Origin: an uncultured Chloroflexia bacterium
Lineage (GTDB): Bacteria > Chloroflexota > Limnocylindria > QHBO01
Reading direction: 5' to 3'
Assembly (NCBI GenBank): GCA_963827475.1
Contig: CAWHAZ010000005.1
Location: 960,001 to 1,024,000, forward strand
DNA length: 64,000 bases
In this document: one piece after another, positions 1-9,353 of the stretch
How the letters are laid out: each line of letters opens with the position of its first letter
How positions within the stretch are numbered: the stretch's first letter is position 1
The notes under the pieces: model-generated
What the model saw: only the letters and a program-made list of their open reading frames with translations
Told to the model about the DNA's origin: nothing
The model's database searches: none
Position numbers and translations under genes: made by a program

Positions 1-325
1 CGCGGGGCATCGGTGCCCCGCTGGCGAGGCGCATCTCCTCGACCACGTTCATCAGCTGGCGGAGGTTGTCCGGCGGGTTGGCGCGGTCGATCTCGTGCGC
101 GTCGCTGGCGGCGAGCACCAGCCGATCCCCGCCGAAGTACGAGGTGGCGGCCAGGATGGCGGCGATGAAGATCGCGAACACGATGCCGTACCACTCGTAG
201 CCGAGCGCGTACCCGGCGGTCCCGGCCAGCGCAACCAGGAGCAGGGTCACGGTGAGCATGAGCAGCCAGCTCGCGCGCCGGTTGGCGGCGATCTGGGCGT
301 GGAAGGTCGGCGCGGATTCGCTCAC
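1..325 (-). CDS. htpX: Zinc metalloprotease HtpX (M48), N-terminal part; runs off the window edge
   Basis: Manual translation from GTG at 325: MSESAPTFHAQIAANRRASWLLM...SYFGGDRLVLAAS...LRQLMNVVEEMRLASGAPMPR. Typical HtpX N-terminus, directly downstream of lemA. Confidence 0.85.
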   Translation of the reverse strand, partial: MSESAPTFHAQIAANRRASWLLMLTVTLLLVALAGTAGYALGYEWYGIVFAIFIAAILAATSYFGGDRLVLAASDAHEIDRANPPDNLRQLMNVVEEMRLASGAPMPR

Positions 326-350
326 CGCGGGCGAGGGCCAGCGGTCACGG

Positions 351-926
351 TCAGACCTGGAGGTTCACCTCGGGCACCGCGGTGTCGGCCTCCTCGATCT
401 GGAAGTAGTCGCGCTCCTTGAACCCGAGCGCGCCGGCGAACAGCACGTTCGGGAATGTCTGGATCGCGGTGTTCATCTCCCGCACCGTGGCGTTGTAGTG
501 CTGGCGGGAGAACCCGATCTGGTTCTCGGTGGTGGTCAGCTCCTCCTGGAGCTGCATGACGTTCTGGTTGGCCTTCAGGTCGGGGTAGTTCTCGACCAGG
601 GCGAACAGCTGGCGCAGGGCGCCGGTCAGGAAGTTCTCGGCTCCCCCGGCCGCGCCGGCGTTGGCGGCACCCTGGGCCGAGGCCTGCACGGCGGCGTTGC
701 GAGCCTCGATGACCTTGGTCAGGGTCTCCTGTTCGAACTCCATGTAGCCGCGCACGGCGTTCACCAGGTTCGGGATCAGGTCGTGGCGGCGCTTCAGCTG
801 GACGCTGATCTGGTTCCAGGCCTCGTCGACCTGGTTGCGCAGGCGGACCAGCCCGTTGTAGATGAGGATGCCGCCGATCACGATGACGGCGATGACGATC
901 AACAGGATGATGGGCAGGAAATCCAT
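351..926 (-). CDS. lemA: LemA family protein
   Basis: N-terminal TM helix, YNGLV..RN.VDEAW..I.VQLKRRHDLIPNL and ENYPDLKANQN motifs. Confidence 0.95.
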   Translation of the reverse strand: MDFLPIILLIVIAVIVIGGILIYNGLVRLRNQVDEAWNQISVQLKRRHDLIPNLVNAVRGYMEFEQETLTKVIEARNAAVQASAQGAANAGAAGGAENFLTGALRQLFALVENYPDLKANQNVMQLQEELTTTENQIGFSRQHYNATVREMNTAIQTFPNVLFAGALGFKERDYFQIEEADTAVPEVNLQV

Positions 927-981
927 CGGGGCGACGTCTCCTCAGGGCACTACGTGTGGGCGGCCATGGTACTCGCGGGAC

Positions 982-1058
982 TGGTGGGCGGTGAGGGGCT
1001 CGAACCCCCGACCTTCTCGGTGTAAACGAGACGCTCTAACCAGCTGAGCTAACCGCCC
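982..1058 (-). tRNA. tRNA-Val(TAC)
   Basis: Reverse complement GGGCGGTTAGCTCAGCTGGTTAGAGCG-TCTCG-TT-TAC-AC-CGAGA...GGTTCGAGCCC...ACCA. Confidence 0.95.
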
Positions 1059-1092
1059 GCGGTGGAGGCTACGCCCATCGGTCTGTGGAAGG

Positions 1093-1177
1093 TGGTGCCC
1101 AGGCCGGGACTTGAACCCGGATGAGTTTCCTCATACGCCCCTCAAACGTACGCGTATACCAATTCCGCCACCTGGGC
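1093..1177 (-). tRNA. tRNA-Leu(GAG)
   Basis: Reverse complement GCCCAGGTGGCGGAATTGGTATACGCG-TACGT-TT-GAG-GG-GCGTA, long variable arm, GGTTCAAGTCC, CCA end. Confidence 0.95.
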
Positions 1178-1183
1178 CAGGGT

Positions 1184-1271
1184 TGGTACCGAGGGAGGGA
1201 CTTGAACCCACACGACCGTAATGGTCACTAGGTCCTGAACCTAGCGCGTCTGCCTATTCCGCCACCTCGGC
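1184..1271 (-). tRNA. tRNA-Leu(CAG)
   Basis: Reverse complement GCCGAGGTGGCGGAATAGGCAGACGCG-CTAGG-TT-CAG-GA-CCTAG, variable arm, CCA end; TAGAAT -10 box just upstream. Confidence 0.95.
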
Positions 1272-1324
1272 CCGGACCGCGATTCTACACGCCGTCCCCC
1301 GCCGCGAGAAAACGGGACCTTTGG

Positions 1325-1546
1325 TCAGACCGTCTGGAGGTACAGCGCCAGCACGGAGAAGATGACCCACAGGCCGGCGAGCACGATCGTGAGGCGGAAC
1401 AGGGTCCGCTCGATGCCACGACGGCTGCGATAGGCGGTGACCTCGCCACCGAAGGCGCCCCCCACCCCGGCGCCCCGCTGCTGGAGCAGGATGGCGACGG
1501 TGAGGGCCACGGCCAGGATCGACTGGACGAGGGTCAGGGCGTTCAT
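1325..1546 (-). CDS. secG: Preprotein translocase subunit SecG
   Basis: MNALTLVQSILAVALTVAILLQQRGAGVGGAFGG...RRGIERTLFRLT; two TM helices. Confidence 0.93.
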   Translation of the reverse strand: MNALTLVQSILAVALTVAILLQQRGAGVGGAFGGEVTAYRSRRGIERTLFRLTIVLAGLWVIFSVLALYLQTV

Positions 1547-1569
1547 GCGGCCGGCAGTATAGGGCACGC

Positions 1570-3115
1570 TCAGCCGGGAGCGGCTGGGGCCAGCAGGCTG
1601 CGACCGGTCATCCGCGGACCGATGTCGATGCCGAGCAGCTCGCACAGCGTCGGGGCGACGTCGGCCAGGGTCCCGTCGCGCAGCCGCGCTCCCCGCCAGG
1701 GCTCGCCGATCACGACGATCGGCACGTCGGCCGTCGTGTGCGCGGTGTGCGGCTGGCCGTCGGCGTCCCGCATCCGCTCCACGTTGCCGTGGTCGGCGGT
1801 CACGACCAGGGCCCCGCCGGCGGCGAGCACCGCGGCCTCCGCCCGCGCGAGGCAGGCGTCGACGACCCCGAGCGCGGTCTGGGCAGCGTCCCAGGCGCCG
1901 GTATGGCCGACCATGTCCGGGTTGGCATAGTTCACGACGATGAACGCGGCGGCGCCGCTCGCCACGGCTTCGACCAGGTGGCCGGTGATCGCGTCGGCGC
2001 TCATCTCCGGAGCGAGGTCGTAGGTCGGCACGTCGCGACGGGACGGCACGAGAATCCGATCCTCCCCGGGGAACGGCTCCTCGATCCCGCCGTTGAAGAA
2101 GTACGTGACGTGGGCGTATTTCTCGGTTTCGGCCAGGTGGAGCTGGCGCAGGCCGAGGCGCGACAGGTGGGCGGCGAGGCCATCGGCGATCACCGGCCCG
2201 AAGGCCACCGCGACTGGCAGCACGGCCGGATCCTGGTACTCGGTCAGGGTCGTGACCGATACCTCCGCCGGCGCCTCGCCCCGGTCGAAGGCGGCGAACG
2301 ACCGGCTGGGCGAGCGCCTGGGTCAGCTGCCGCGCCCGGTCGGCGCGGAAGTTCAGGTGGACGATGGCGTCGCCGGGGCCGAGCCCTGCACCGGGCAGGA
2401 TCACGGTGGGCTCGATGAACTCGTCCCCGGTCCCCGAGGCGTAGGCCGCGGCGACCGCGGCCGGGCCGTTGGGCGCGGCGAGGCCCACGCCGTGGACGAT
2501 CGCTTCGTACGCGCGCTGCGTCCGGTCCCAGCGGCCGTCTCGATCCATCGCCCAGTAGCGGCCCGAGACGGTCGCGAGGGTCGCCCGGCCGTCGAGCTGG
2601 CTGAGCAGGGCCGGGAGGAGGACGGCGGCGGAACGGGGTGGCGTGTCACGCCCGTCGGTGAAGGCGTGGAGCAGCACGCGGTCGGGCGCGAGTCCCTCAG
2701 CGTGAGCGAGGTCCGCCATGGCCACGATGTGCTCGTCAACGGCATGGATCCCGCCCGGTCCGATGAGCGCGAGCAGGTGCAGCCTGCCCGCATGGTCCAG
2801 GGCGTGGCGCACGGCCGCCAGCAGGGCGGGGTTGGCCGCAAACGACCCATCAGCGATCGCGCGGCTGATCCGGGGCAGGTCCTGGAGGACCGGGAAGCCG
2901 GCGCCCAGGTTCAGGTGGCCGACCTCGCTGTTCCCCATCTGCCCGGCCGGCAGGCCGACCGCTTCGCCGGCCGCGGCGAGCCGCGCATGGGGCCACTCCG
3001 CCCACAGCCGGCGCCAGGTCGGCATGTCGGCGGCCGCCACCGCGTCGGCGGCCGGGTCGTCACCGATCCCGAAGCCGTCAAGGACGCACAGGACGACGGG
3101 TCGGACGCCCGCCAT
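1570..3115 (-). CDS. gpmI: 2,3-bisphosphoglycerate-independent phosphoglycerate mutase (frameshift near 2300, probable sequencing error)
   Basis: VLCVLDGFG, GQMGNSEVGH, DGRDT, GRYWAMDRD and NFRADRA in one frame; AETEKYAHVTYFFNGG, NYANPDMVGH and TADHGN in another. Confidence 0.93.
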
Positions 3116-3137
3116 CAGGGAAGGCGGCTCCGGCGCG

Positions 3138-3916
3138 TCACGCGGCCGCGGCGCGGACGATGGCGGCAAATGCCCGAGCATCGAGGGATGCGCCCCCGAC
3201 CAGCGCCCCGTCGACGTCGGGCCGGGAGAAGTAGTCCGCGGCAAGCTCGGGAGCGACGCTGCCGCCGTACAGGATCCGGGTCTCCGCCGCGCCCGCCGGG
3301 TCGACCTCGGCCAGGAGGGAGCGGATGAGGGCCGCGCCGGCCTGGGCGTCCTCGCCGGTCGCGGCGTCGCCGGTGCCGATCGCCCACACCGGCTCGTAGG
3401 CCACCACCAGGCGACTGCCGACGATGCCGGACAGTCGCGAGACGGCTGCCCGAACCTGCCGCTCGATCACCGTGGCCGTGTCCTGGATGCGTCGCTCGTC
3501 GGCTGTCTCCCCCACCGCGGCAATCGGGCACCAGGCCGTGGGCGACCGCGCTGGCGACCTTGGCCGCCACGTCGGCATCGGACTCGCCGAACAGGTGCCG
3601 GCGCTCCGAATGGCCGACGATCGACGTACCGCGCGACGCCCGCCAGCATCGCGGGCGAGATCTCCCCGGTGAAGGCGCCGCTGTCCTCGGCGTGCATCGT
3701 CTGGGCGCCGACGCCCACCCCGGACCCATCCAGGGCCGCAGCGACGTCGCGCAGCCAGATCGCCGGCGGGCAGACGACGACCTCCACCCGCTCGTCCGCG
3801 GCCACGCTGGCCGTGTGCTCGGCGACGGCCGCGGCCAGGGCAAGCGCGGCGGCGCGATCGGTCGGATGCATCTTCCAGTTGCCGGCGACCAGCGGCCGGC
3901 GCGGCGCGGTGGTCAT
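3138..3916 (-). CDS. tpiA: Triosephosphate isomerase (frameshifts near 3620 and 3525)
   Basis: AGNWKM, GAFTGEIS, IVGHSERR, VAYEPVWAIGTG, ILYGGSV and DGALVGGASL motifs spread over three frames. Confidence 0.93.
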
Positions 3917-3926
3917 GGGCGGTGCC

Positions 3927-4733
3927 TCACCCCGCCAGCTGCTCGATGCGCCGCAGGCGATGGTGGACGGCCGACCGGCCCAGGCCAAGCGCGGCGGCGA
4001 GGGCCTCGAGGTCGGCCTCGGGATGGGCGCGCCGGGCATCGGCCACGGCCCGCAGGCCGGGCGACAGGTCCGCCAGCCGGCCGTCCGCCTCCAGGCGCTC
4101 GATGGCCCGCAGCTGGCGCTCCGCGGCCCGCACCGTCCGGTTCACGTTCGCCGCTTCCGCGTTCAGCAGCCGGTTCAGCCGGTTCTGGACGTCGTGCCCG
4201 ACCCGCTCCGACTCCAGCTCGAGCAACGCGCCGTGGGCGCCGGTCAGCTGGAGCAGTGCGGCGACCTGCTCGCGCCCCTTGACGTAGACCACGGCCCGAC
4301 CTCGGCGGTCGTAGGCCGCGCCATGGATCCCGCTCGCCGCCAGGCGGCGCTGGAGGGTCCGCGCCCGGGATCGCGAGCGGAAGACGAACTCGACATGGGG
4401 GCCGGTCCGCGCGAACGAGAGCGACCCGCTGCCGAGGACCACGCCGCGGAGAAACGCCTGCCGGTCGTGAGCGGCCGCCGTGGACCAGCTCCATCGGTCG
4501 GTGCTGCCCGCGTCGAGGACGGCGAGGTGGTGGCGCGTTCCCGAGCCGCGGTCGGCGGAGCGGGTGACGTCCCGGCCGGCCCCCAGTCGAACCGCGACTC
4601 GAACGGTGGACGGGTCCAGCGAACGGATGGCCCCGTCCGCGAACCGAAGGCCGGCGAGCTCCGCCGCGCGACAGCAGGCCCGCGCCGGTTCGATGCGGGC
4701 CAGCTCCCCCTTCACGTCACGGGCAGGACGCAT
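3927..4733 (-). CDS. whiA: DNA-binding protein WhiA
   Basis: CCRAAEL, AFLRG.VLGSGS, VVYVK, NRLLNAEAANVNRTV.AA and C-terminal HTH (S.VHHRLRRI); follows yvcK. Confidence 0.9.
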   Translation of the reverse strand: MRPARDVKGELARIEPARACCRAAELAGLRFADGAIRSLDPSTVRVAVRLGAGRDVTRSADRGSGTRHHLAVLDAGSTDRWSWSTAAAHDRQAFLRGVVLGSGSLSFARTGPHVEFVFRSRSRARTLQRRLAASGIHGAAYDRRGRAVVYVKGREQVAALLQLTGAHGALLELESERVGHDVQNRLNRLLNAEAANVNRTVRAAERQLRAIERLEADGRLADLSPGLRAVADARRAHPEADLEALAAALGLGRSAVHHRLRRIEQLAG

Positions 4734-4738
4734 CCGCG

Positions 4739-6055
4739 TCAGCTGGCCGTGGCCACCGGTCGCCGGATGCGGTGTCGCTGGCGGGCGGGACGATCCTCCT
4801 GGAGCAGGCGGAGCAGGACGGCCGCCAGCTTGTCGGGGTCGTGGTGGTGGGCGTTCTGGTCGTCGACGACGTCGTCCTCGATGACGACGACCGGCAGCTC
4901 CTCGAGGTTGCGGCTGTCGAGCTGGACCGGCTGGCCCTGCCACCCGGACGGTCGGCGGGCGGATCGGTTCCGATTCAGGAGGACCATGTCGACCAGCTCG
5001 TCACCGGCATGGTCGAACAGCGCGGTCAGGTGCTGCGAGGCGGTGAAGCCGCCGGTCTCGCCGGGCTGGGTGGCGACGTTGCAGACGTAGACCCGCAGGC
5101 CCTCGGCGGCGGAGAGCGCGTCGTGGATGTCGCTGATCAGCAGGTTCGGCATCACGCTGGAGTAGAGGCTGCCCGGACCGATGACCACCAGGTCCGCCTC
5201 GAGGATCCGCTCCAGCGCCTCCGGGTTGGCCCGGACGTCGGGCGGGTCGATCTGGACCCGGGTGATCGGCTCCGTGGCCTGGCTCACCGCCGCCTGCCCG
5301 CTCAGGAATCGCCCTGACGCGAGGCGGGCCGTGAGGTTGAGCGGCACGCTGGTGGCGGGCAGGACCTGGCCGCGCACGGCGAGGACGCGGTTCGACTCGC
5401 GGACCGCCTCGTCGAAGTCGCCGGTGACCGCGGTCATGGCCGCGATGAACAGGTTGCCGAAGGCGTGGTCGTCCAGGCCGGATCCCGGCGGGAATCGGTA
5501 CTGCATGAGCTGGGTCATGAGCGGCTCCGCATCGGCCAGGGCGGCGATGCAGTTCCGGATGTCCCCGGGAGGTACGATCCCCAGCTGCTGGCGGAGCCGA
5601 CCGCTGCTGCCCCCGTCGTCGGCCACGGCCACGACCGCGGTGATGTTGGCCGAGTAGGCCTTCAGCCCGCGGAGCAGCGTCGACAGGCCGGTGCCGCCGC
5701 CGAGAGCCACGATCCGCGGCCCGCGGGCGAGGTAGCGCTTGGTGTAGAGCACCTCCATCACCGAGTCGCCGCTGGTCACGAATGGCGACACGAGGCTGTG
5801 CATGAGCTTCCACAGCCCGAACCCGGTGAGGAATACCCCGACCGTGATCACGATCGCGGCCCGGATCTCGCGCTCCAGCTCGGCGCCGAGGAGGGCGGCG
5901 ATCTCGGGGAACTCGATGATGGCCTGGCGGTAGACCTCGATCACGAGGATCGCCGCGCCGATGGCCAGGATCGTCAGCCCGACCAGGACGGCACCCAGCC
6001 AGCGCTTGATGTGCATGCCGGGGTAGAGCCATGGCGGGAACCGGCGTCCGGTCAT
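4739..6055 (-). CDS. yvcK: YvcK/GlmR (UPF0052) gluconeogenesis/morphogenesis factor with N-terminal TM extension
   Basis: IVALGGGTGLSTLLRGLK, VADDGGSSGRLR, PPGDIRNC, GPGSLYSSV, NVATQPGET; two N-terminal hydrophobic helices. Confidence 0.93.
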   Translation of the reverse strand: MTGRRFPPWLYPGMHIKRWLGAVLVGLTILAIGAAILVIEVYRQAIIEFPEIAALLGAELEREIRAAIVITVGVFLTGFGLWKLMHSLVSPFVTSGDSVMEVLYTKRYLARGPRIVALGGGTGLSTLLRGLKAYSANITAVVAVADDGGSSGRLRQQLGIVPPGDIRNCIAALADAEPLMTQLMQYRFPPGSGLDDHAFGNLFIAAMTAVTGDFDEAVRESNRVLAVRGQVLPATSVPLNLTARLASGRFLSGQAAVSQATEPITRVQIDPPDVRANPEALERILEADLVVIGPGSLYSSVMPNLLISDIHDALSAAEGLRVYVCNVATQPGETGGFTASQHLTALFDHAGDELVDMVLLNRNRSARRPSGWQGQPVQLDSRNLEELPVVVIEDDVVDDQNAHHHDPDKLAAVLLRLLQEDRPARQRHRIRRPVATAS

Positions 6056-6471
6056 CGGCGCAACTCCCGGTGAATGACCGATACCGACGCGCCTTCCAGG
6101 CCGCCGAGGCGGCGGGCGAGCTCCTCGGCGAGGGCGATCGACCGGTGGTAGCCGCCGGTGCAGCCGAGGGCCACGACCAGGCGGTCCCGGCCCGCCTCTC
6201 GGTATGCCGGCACGGTCAGCTCGAGGAGCTGGACGACGAGGTCGAGGAACCGGCCAGCCTGGGGCTGGTCGAGGACGAAGCGGCGCACCTCGGCCGTCAG
6301 CCCGGACAGCGGCTGGAGCTCAGGGATCCAGAACGGGTTGGTCAGGAAGCGGACGTCGAACACGAGGTCGACCTTGGGCGGCAGGCCGTACTTGAAGCCA
6401 AACGTCACGATCTCGACCGCGAGCGTGGCGGGCTTGGCGCTGCGAGCGGGCTGTTCCGCCGTCGCGGGCAC
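6052..6471 (-). CDS. rapZ: RapZ/YvcJ C-terminal domain only (about 139 aa)
   Basis: TFGFKYGLP..DLVFDVRFLTNPFWIPEL, GCTGGYHRS, VIHREL. No P-loop domain and no room for one upstream. Confidence 0.85.
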   Translation of the reverse strand: MPATAEQPARSAKPATLAVEIVTFGFKYGLPPKVDLVFDVRFLTNPFWIPELQPLSGLTAEVRRFVLDQPQAGRFLDLVVQLLELTVPAYREAGRDRLVVALGCTGGYHRSIALAEELARRLGGLEGASVSVIHRELRR

Positions 6472-6563
6472 GGTCGTCGACCGGCGCGGCCGAGAGCGCC
6501 GCGTCGGGCGATCTGCGGGAGCCACCGAGGCCCGTCGGGTCGACACCGTTCCGAGTATAGCCC

Positions 6564-7538
6564 TCAGTTCCCACGATTCCCGTTCGGCAGGGAGGCCAAT
6601 CCGGCGAGCAGGCCGGTGACGGTGGCCGCGGCCGATGCCCGCAGCGCGTCGAGGTCGTAGCCGCCCTCGAGGGCCACGGCCACGCCGGCCAGGCCCGCCC
6701 TGCCGGCTGCCTCCCCCACCGCGTGGGCCACCTCCCCGAAGCCGTGCTCGGTGACCTCCAGCCCGGCCAGCGGGTCGTCGCGATGGGCGTCGTAGCCGGC
6801 CGAAACGAGGATCGCGTCCGGGCCAAACGCCTCGACCCGGGGCAGGATCGTGTCGCGCCAGGCGGCCACGAACCCCTCGTCGCCCGTCCCGGCCGCCAGC
6901 GGGACGTTGAGCAGCGTCTCGCCCTGGTCGAACGTGGAGCCGGTGCCCGGGTACCACGGGTACTGGTGGGTCGAGGCGTAGAAGACGTCCGGATCGTTCG
7001 CGAACAGCGCTTCCGATCCGTCGCCATGGTGCACGTCCCAGTCGAGGACGGCGACCCGCTCCGCGGCGTGGGCGGCGCGGAGCGCGGCCACGGCAACCGC
7101 CACGTTGTTCAGGAGGCAGAACCCCTTGCCGCCTTCGCGGCCCGCGTGGTGCCCCGGCGGCCGGACCGCGGCGAACGCAACCGCGGCCTCGCCCCGAGCG
7201 GCCGCCAGCGCAGCCTCCACGGTGAGCCCGGCCGCAACCATCGCCGCGGTCGACGACTCCGCGACCACGTACGTGTCGGCATCGAGCCAGCCGGCCGTCT
7301 CGACGCCGCCGGCCAGCCAGGCCACGTACCGCGGATCGTGCACCGAGGCCAGCAGATCGATCGGCGCCGGTTCCGCCGTCCGCTGGACGAGATCGGCGCC
7401 GGCCGTGCGAGCTCCTTCCGCCACCCCGGCCAGGACGGGAGCGATCCGCTCCGGTCGCTCCGGATGCCCCGGCCAGGCGTGGCCGGCCAGGGCGGAATCG
7501 GTCAGCAGGAGGACGGTCGGACGCTCACGGCTCGTCAT
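6564..7538 (-). CDS. Histone deacetylase family amidohydrolase
   Basis: HPERPER, RPPGHHA, GFC.LNN, DWDVHHGDG, SAGYDAH.DDPL, LEGGY. Confidence 0.93.
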   Translation of the reverse strand: MTSRERPTVLLLTDSALAGHAWPGHPERPERIAPVLAGVAEGARTAGADLVQRTAEPAPIDLLASVHDPRYVAWLAGGVETAGWLDADTYVVAESSTAAMVAAGLTVEAALAAARGEAAVAFAAVRPPGHHAGREGGKGFCLLNNVAVAVAALRAAHAAERVAVLDWDVHHGDGSEALFANDPDVFYASTHQYPWYPGTGSTFDQGETLLNVPLAAGTGDEGFVAAWRDTILPRVEAFGPDAILVSAGYDAHRDDPLAGLEVTEHGFGEVAHAVGEAAGRAGLAGVAVALEGGYDLDALRASAAATVTGLLAGLASLPNGNRGN

Positions 7539-8268
7539 CGGTTTGGATCCCGCTTGACCGAGGCCGCATGCCTCGGACCACGACCAGGGTGCCCTCGAAC
7601 AGGCCGTACATCAGGAGGGCCAGGATGACCATCGAGAAGGGGTCGCCACCCGGGGTCGCGACCGCCGACACGATCGCAATGATCAGGATGGCCCACCGCC
7701 GGCGGGAAGCGAGCCATTTCGGAGTGACGATCCCGAGTCGGACGAGGACGACGAGCACGACCGGGAACTGGAGCATCAGCCCGAACACGATCAGCAGGGT
7801 GGTGACGAAGCCGATGTACTCCTCCAGGATCGGGAATGGCTGGATCCCCTCACCGGCGAACCCGAACAGGAAGGTCAGCGCGTACGGCAGCACGAGGTAG
7901 CCGATGACGACTCCGAGGGCGAACAGGAGCAGGCCGGCCACGAGGAACGGCCACAGCAGGCGCTTCTCGCCCGGCATCAGGCCCGGCGTCACGAACTTGT
8001 AGAGCTCGAACAGGATCACCGGCATGGCGAGCGCGACGCCGACGAAGCCGGCGATCTTCAGGCGGGCGACAAACGCACCGGCCGGGCTGGTGAAGAAGAG
8101 GATGTCGAACTCGGTCGGTAGCGGCGCTCGCAGGATGTTGAGGACCTGCTCCGAGACGATGAAGCCGAGAATGCCGCCGATGAGGATCGCCGCGATGACG
8201 ATCATCAGCCGCCGGCGCAGCTCCTCGAGGTGCTCGACCATGGTCATGGCCGAGGCGTCCTGGCTCAT
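7525..8268 (-). CDS. tatC: Twin-arginine translocase subunit TatC
   Basis: MT.VEHLEELRRRL, FVTPGL.PGEK, FQFPV-like, TPGGDPFSM; six TM helices. Confidence 0.95.
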   Translation of the reverse strand: MSQDASAMTMVEHLEELRRRLMIVIAAILIGGILGFIVSEQVLNILRAPLPTEFDILFFTSPAGAFVARLKIAGFVGVALAMPVILFELYKFVTPGLMPGEKRLLWPFLVAGLLLFALGVVIGYLVLPYALTFLFGFAGEGIQPFPILEEYIGFVTTLLIVFGLMLQFPVVLVVLVRLGIVTPKWLASRRRWAILIIAIVSAVATPGGDPFSMVILALLMYGLFEGTLVVVRGMRPRSSGIQTDDEP

Positions 8269-8304
8269 CGGCTCAGGCAGGCCGGGGCGCCGTCAGGCGG
8301 GCGG

Positions 8305-8499
8305 TCAGCTCTTCGGCGTGGTGGTGTCGGACGGCTTCGCGTCGCCCCGGATCGAGTCCTCGATCTCGGAGGAGGCCTTCCGGAACTCGCGAATCCCCTT
8401 GCCGATGGCGTTGCCGATGTCCGGCAACCGTCCCGGGCCGAAGAGGATGAGCACGATCACCAGGACGATGATGAGCTCGGGGGCTCCGATGGTTGGCAT
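8305..8499 (-). CDS. tatA: Twin-arginine translocase subunit TatA
   Basis: [42 protein letters not shown]; GAGGAG SD upstream. Confidence 0.93.
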   Translation of the reverse strand: MPTIGAPELIIVLVIVLILFGPGRLPDIGNAIGKGIREFRKASSEIEDSIRGDAKPSDTTTPKS

Positions 8500-8516
8500 C
8501 TTGCGGCCGACTCTCC

Positions 8517-9353
8517 TCAGCTGGTGGCGCCGAGTGTAGCACCCGCCTTTCGGAGGTCGTCCAGCCACGCCCGGGCCGCCGCGGCCACGCCTTCGCGCCA
8601 ATCCGGACCCGTCGCCGCTTCGGCGATGGCGCGCGAGACGTTGACCAGGCCGGGTGCCGCGGATCCATCGCAGCTCTCGACCGCAGCCTGCAGGTCGCCC
8701 CCCTGGGCGCCGACGCCCGGGACGAGGAATCCCGGTGCGGGCACCTCGGACCGCAGGCGGCGGAGCTCCGCGGGATCCGTGGCGCCCACCACCAGGCCGA
8801 CGCGGCCGTCGGTCCATCGCTCGGCGGCCCAGCGCGCGACGGCCGTCGACAGCGGGACGCCGTCGACGGCGAGGTCCTGGAGCCGGCCCGCGCTCGGGTT
8901 CGAGGTTCGCGCCAGCAGGTAGACGAGGCGGCCGGGATAGTCGAGGAACGGCTCGATCGCGTCCTCGCCGAGGTACGGCTGGAGGGTGACCGCGTCCGCT
9001 TCCAGGTGACCCATCAGGGCTTCCGCGTAGCGCTCGGCGGACGGACCGATGTCGCCGCGCTTCGCGTCGAGGATGACGATCGGCCCCGTCGGGATCGCAG
9101 CGCGCGTGCGCTCGAGGGCTGCCCAGCCCGCGGAGCCAAGTGCCTCGAAGTAGGACGTGTTGAGCTTGACCGCCACGACCAGCTCGGCGGCCGCCTCGAC
9201 CAGGCCGCGCGCGAAGGACTCGACGCCGGCGGCATCGCGTCCGAGGCCATCGGGCAAGGCGTCGGGGCGCGGATCGATTCCGAGGCACAACGGCGCGCCA
9301 ATCGCCGCGCGCCGCTCCCGAAGGCGCTCGAGCGGGGTGGGGCCCTCACTCAT
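8517..9353 (-). CDS. pyrF: Orotidine-5'-phosphate decarboxylase
   Basis: [45 protein letters not shown]. Confidence 0.93.
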   Translation of the reverse strand: MSEGPTPLERLRERRAAIGAPLCLGIDPRPDALPDGLGRDAAGVESFARGLVEAAAELVVAVKLNTSYFEALGSAGWAALERTRAAIPTGPIVILDAKRGDIGPSAERYAEALMGHLEADAVTLQPYLGEDAIEPFLDYPGRLVYLLARTSNPSAGRLQDLAVDGVPLSTAVARWAAERWTDGRVGLVVGATDPAELRRLRSEVPAPGFLVPGVGAQGGDLQAAVESCDGSAAPGLVNVSRAIAEAATGPDWREGVAAAARAWLDDLRKAGATLGATS

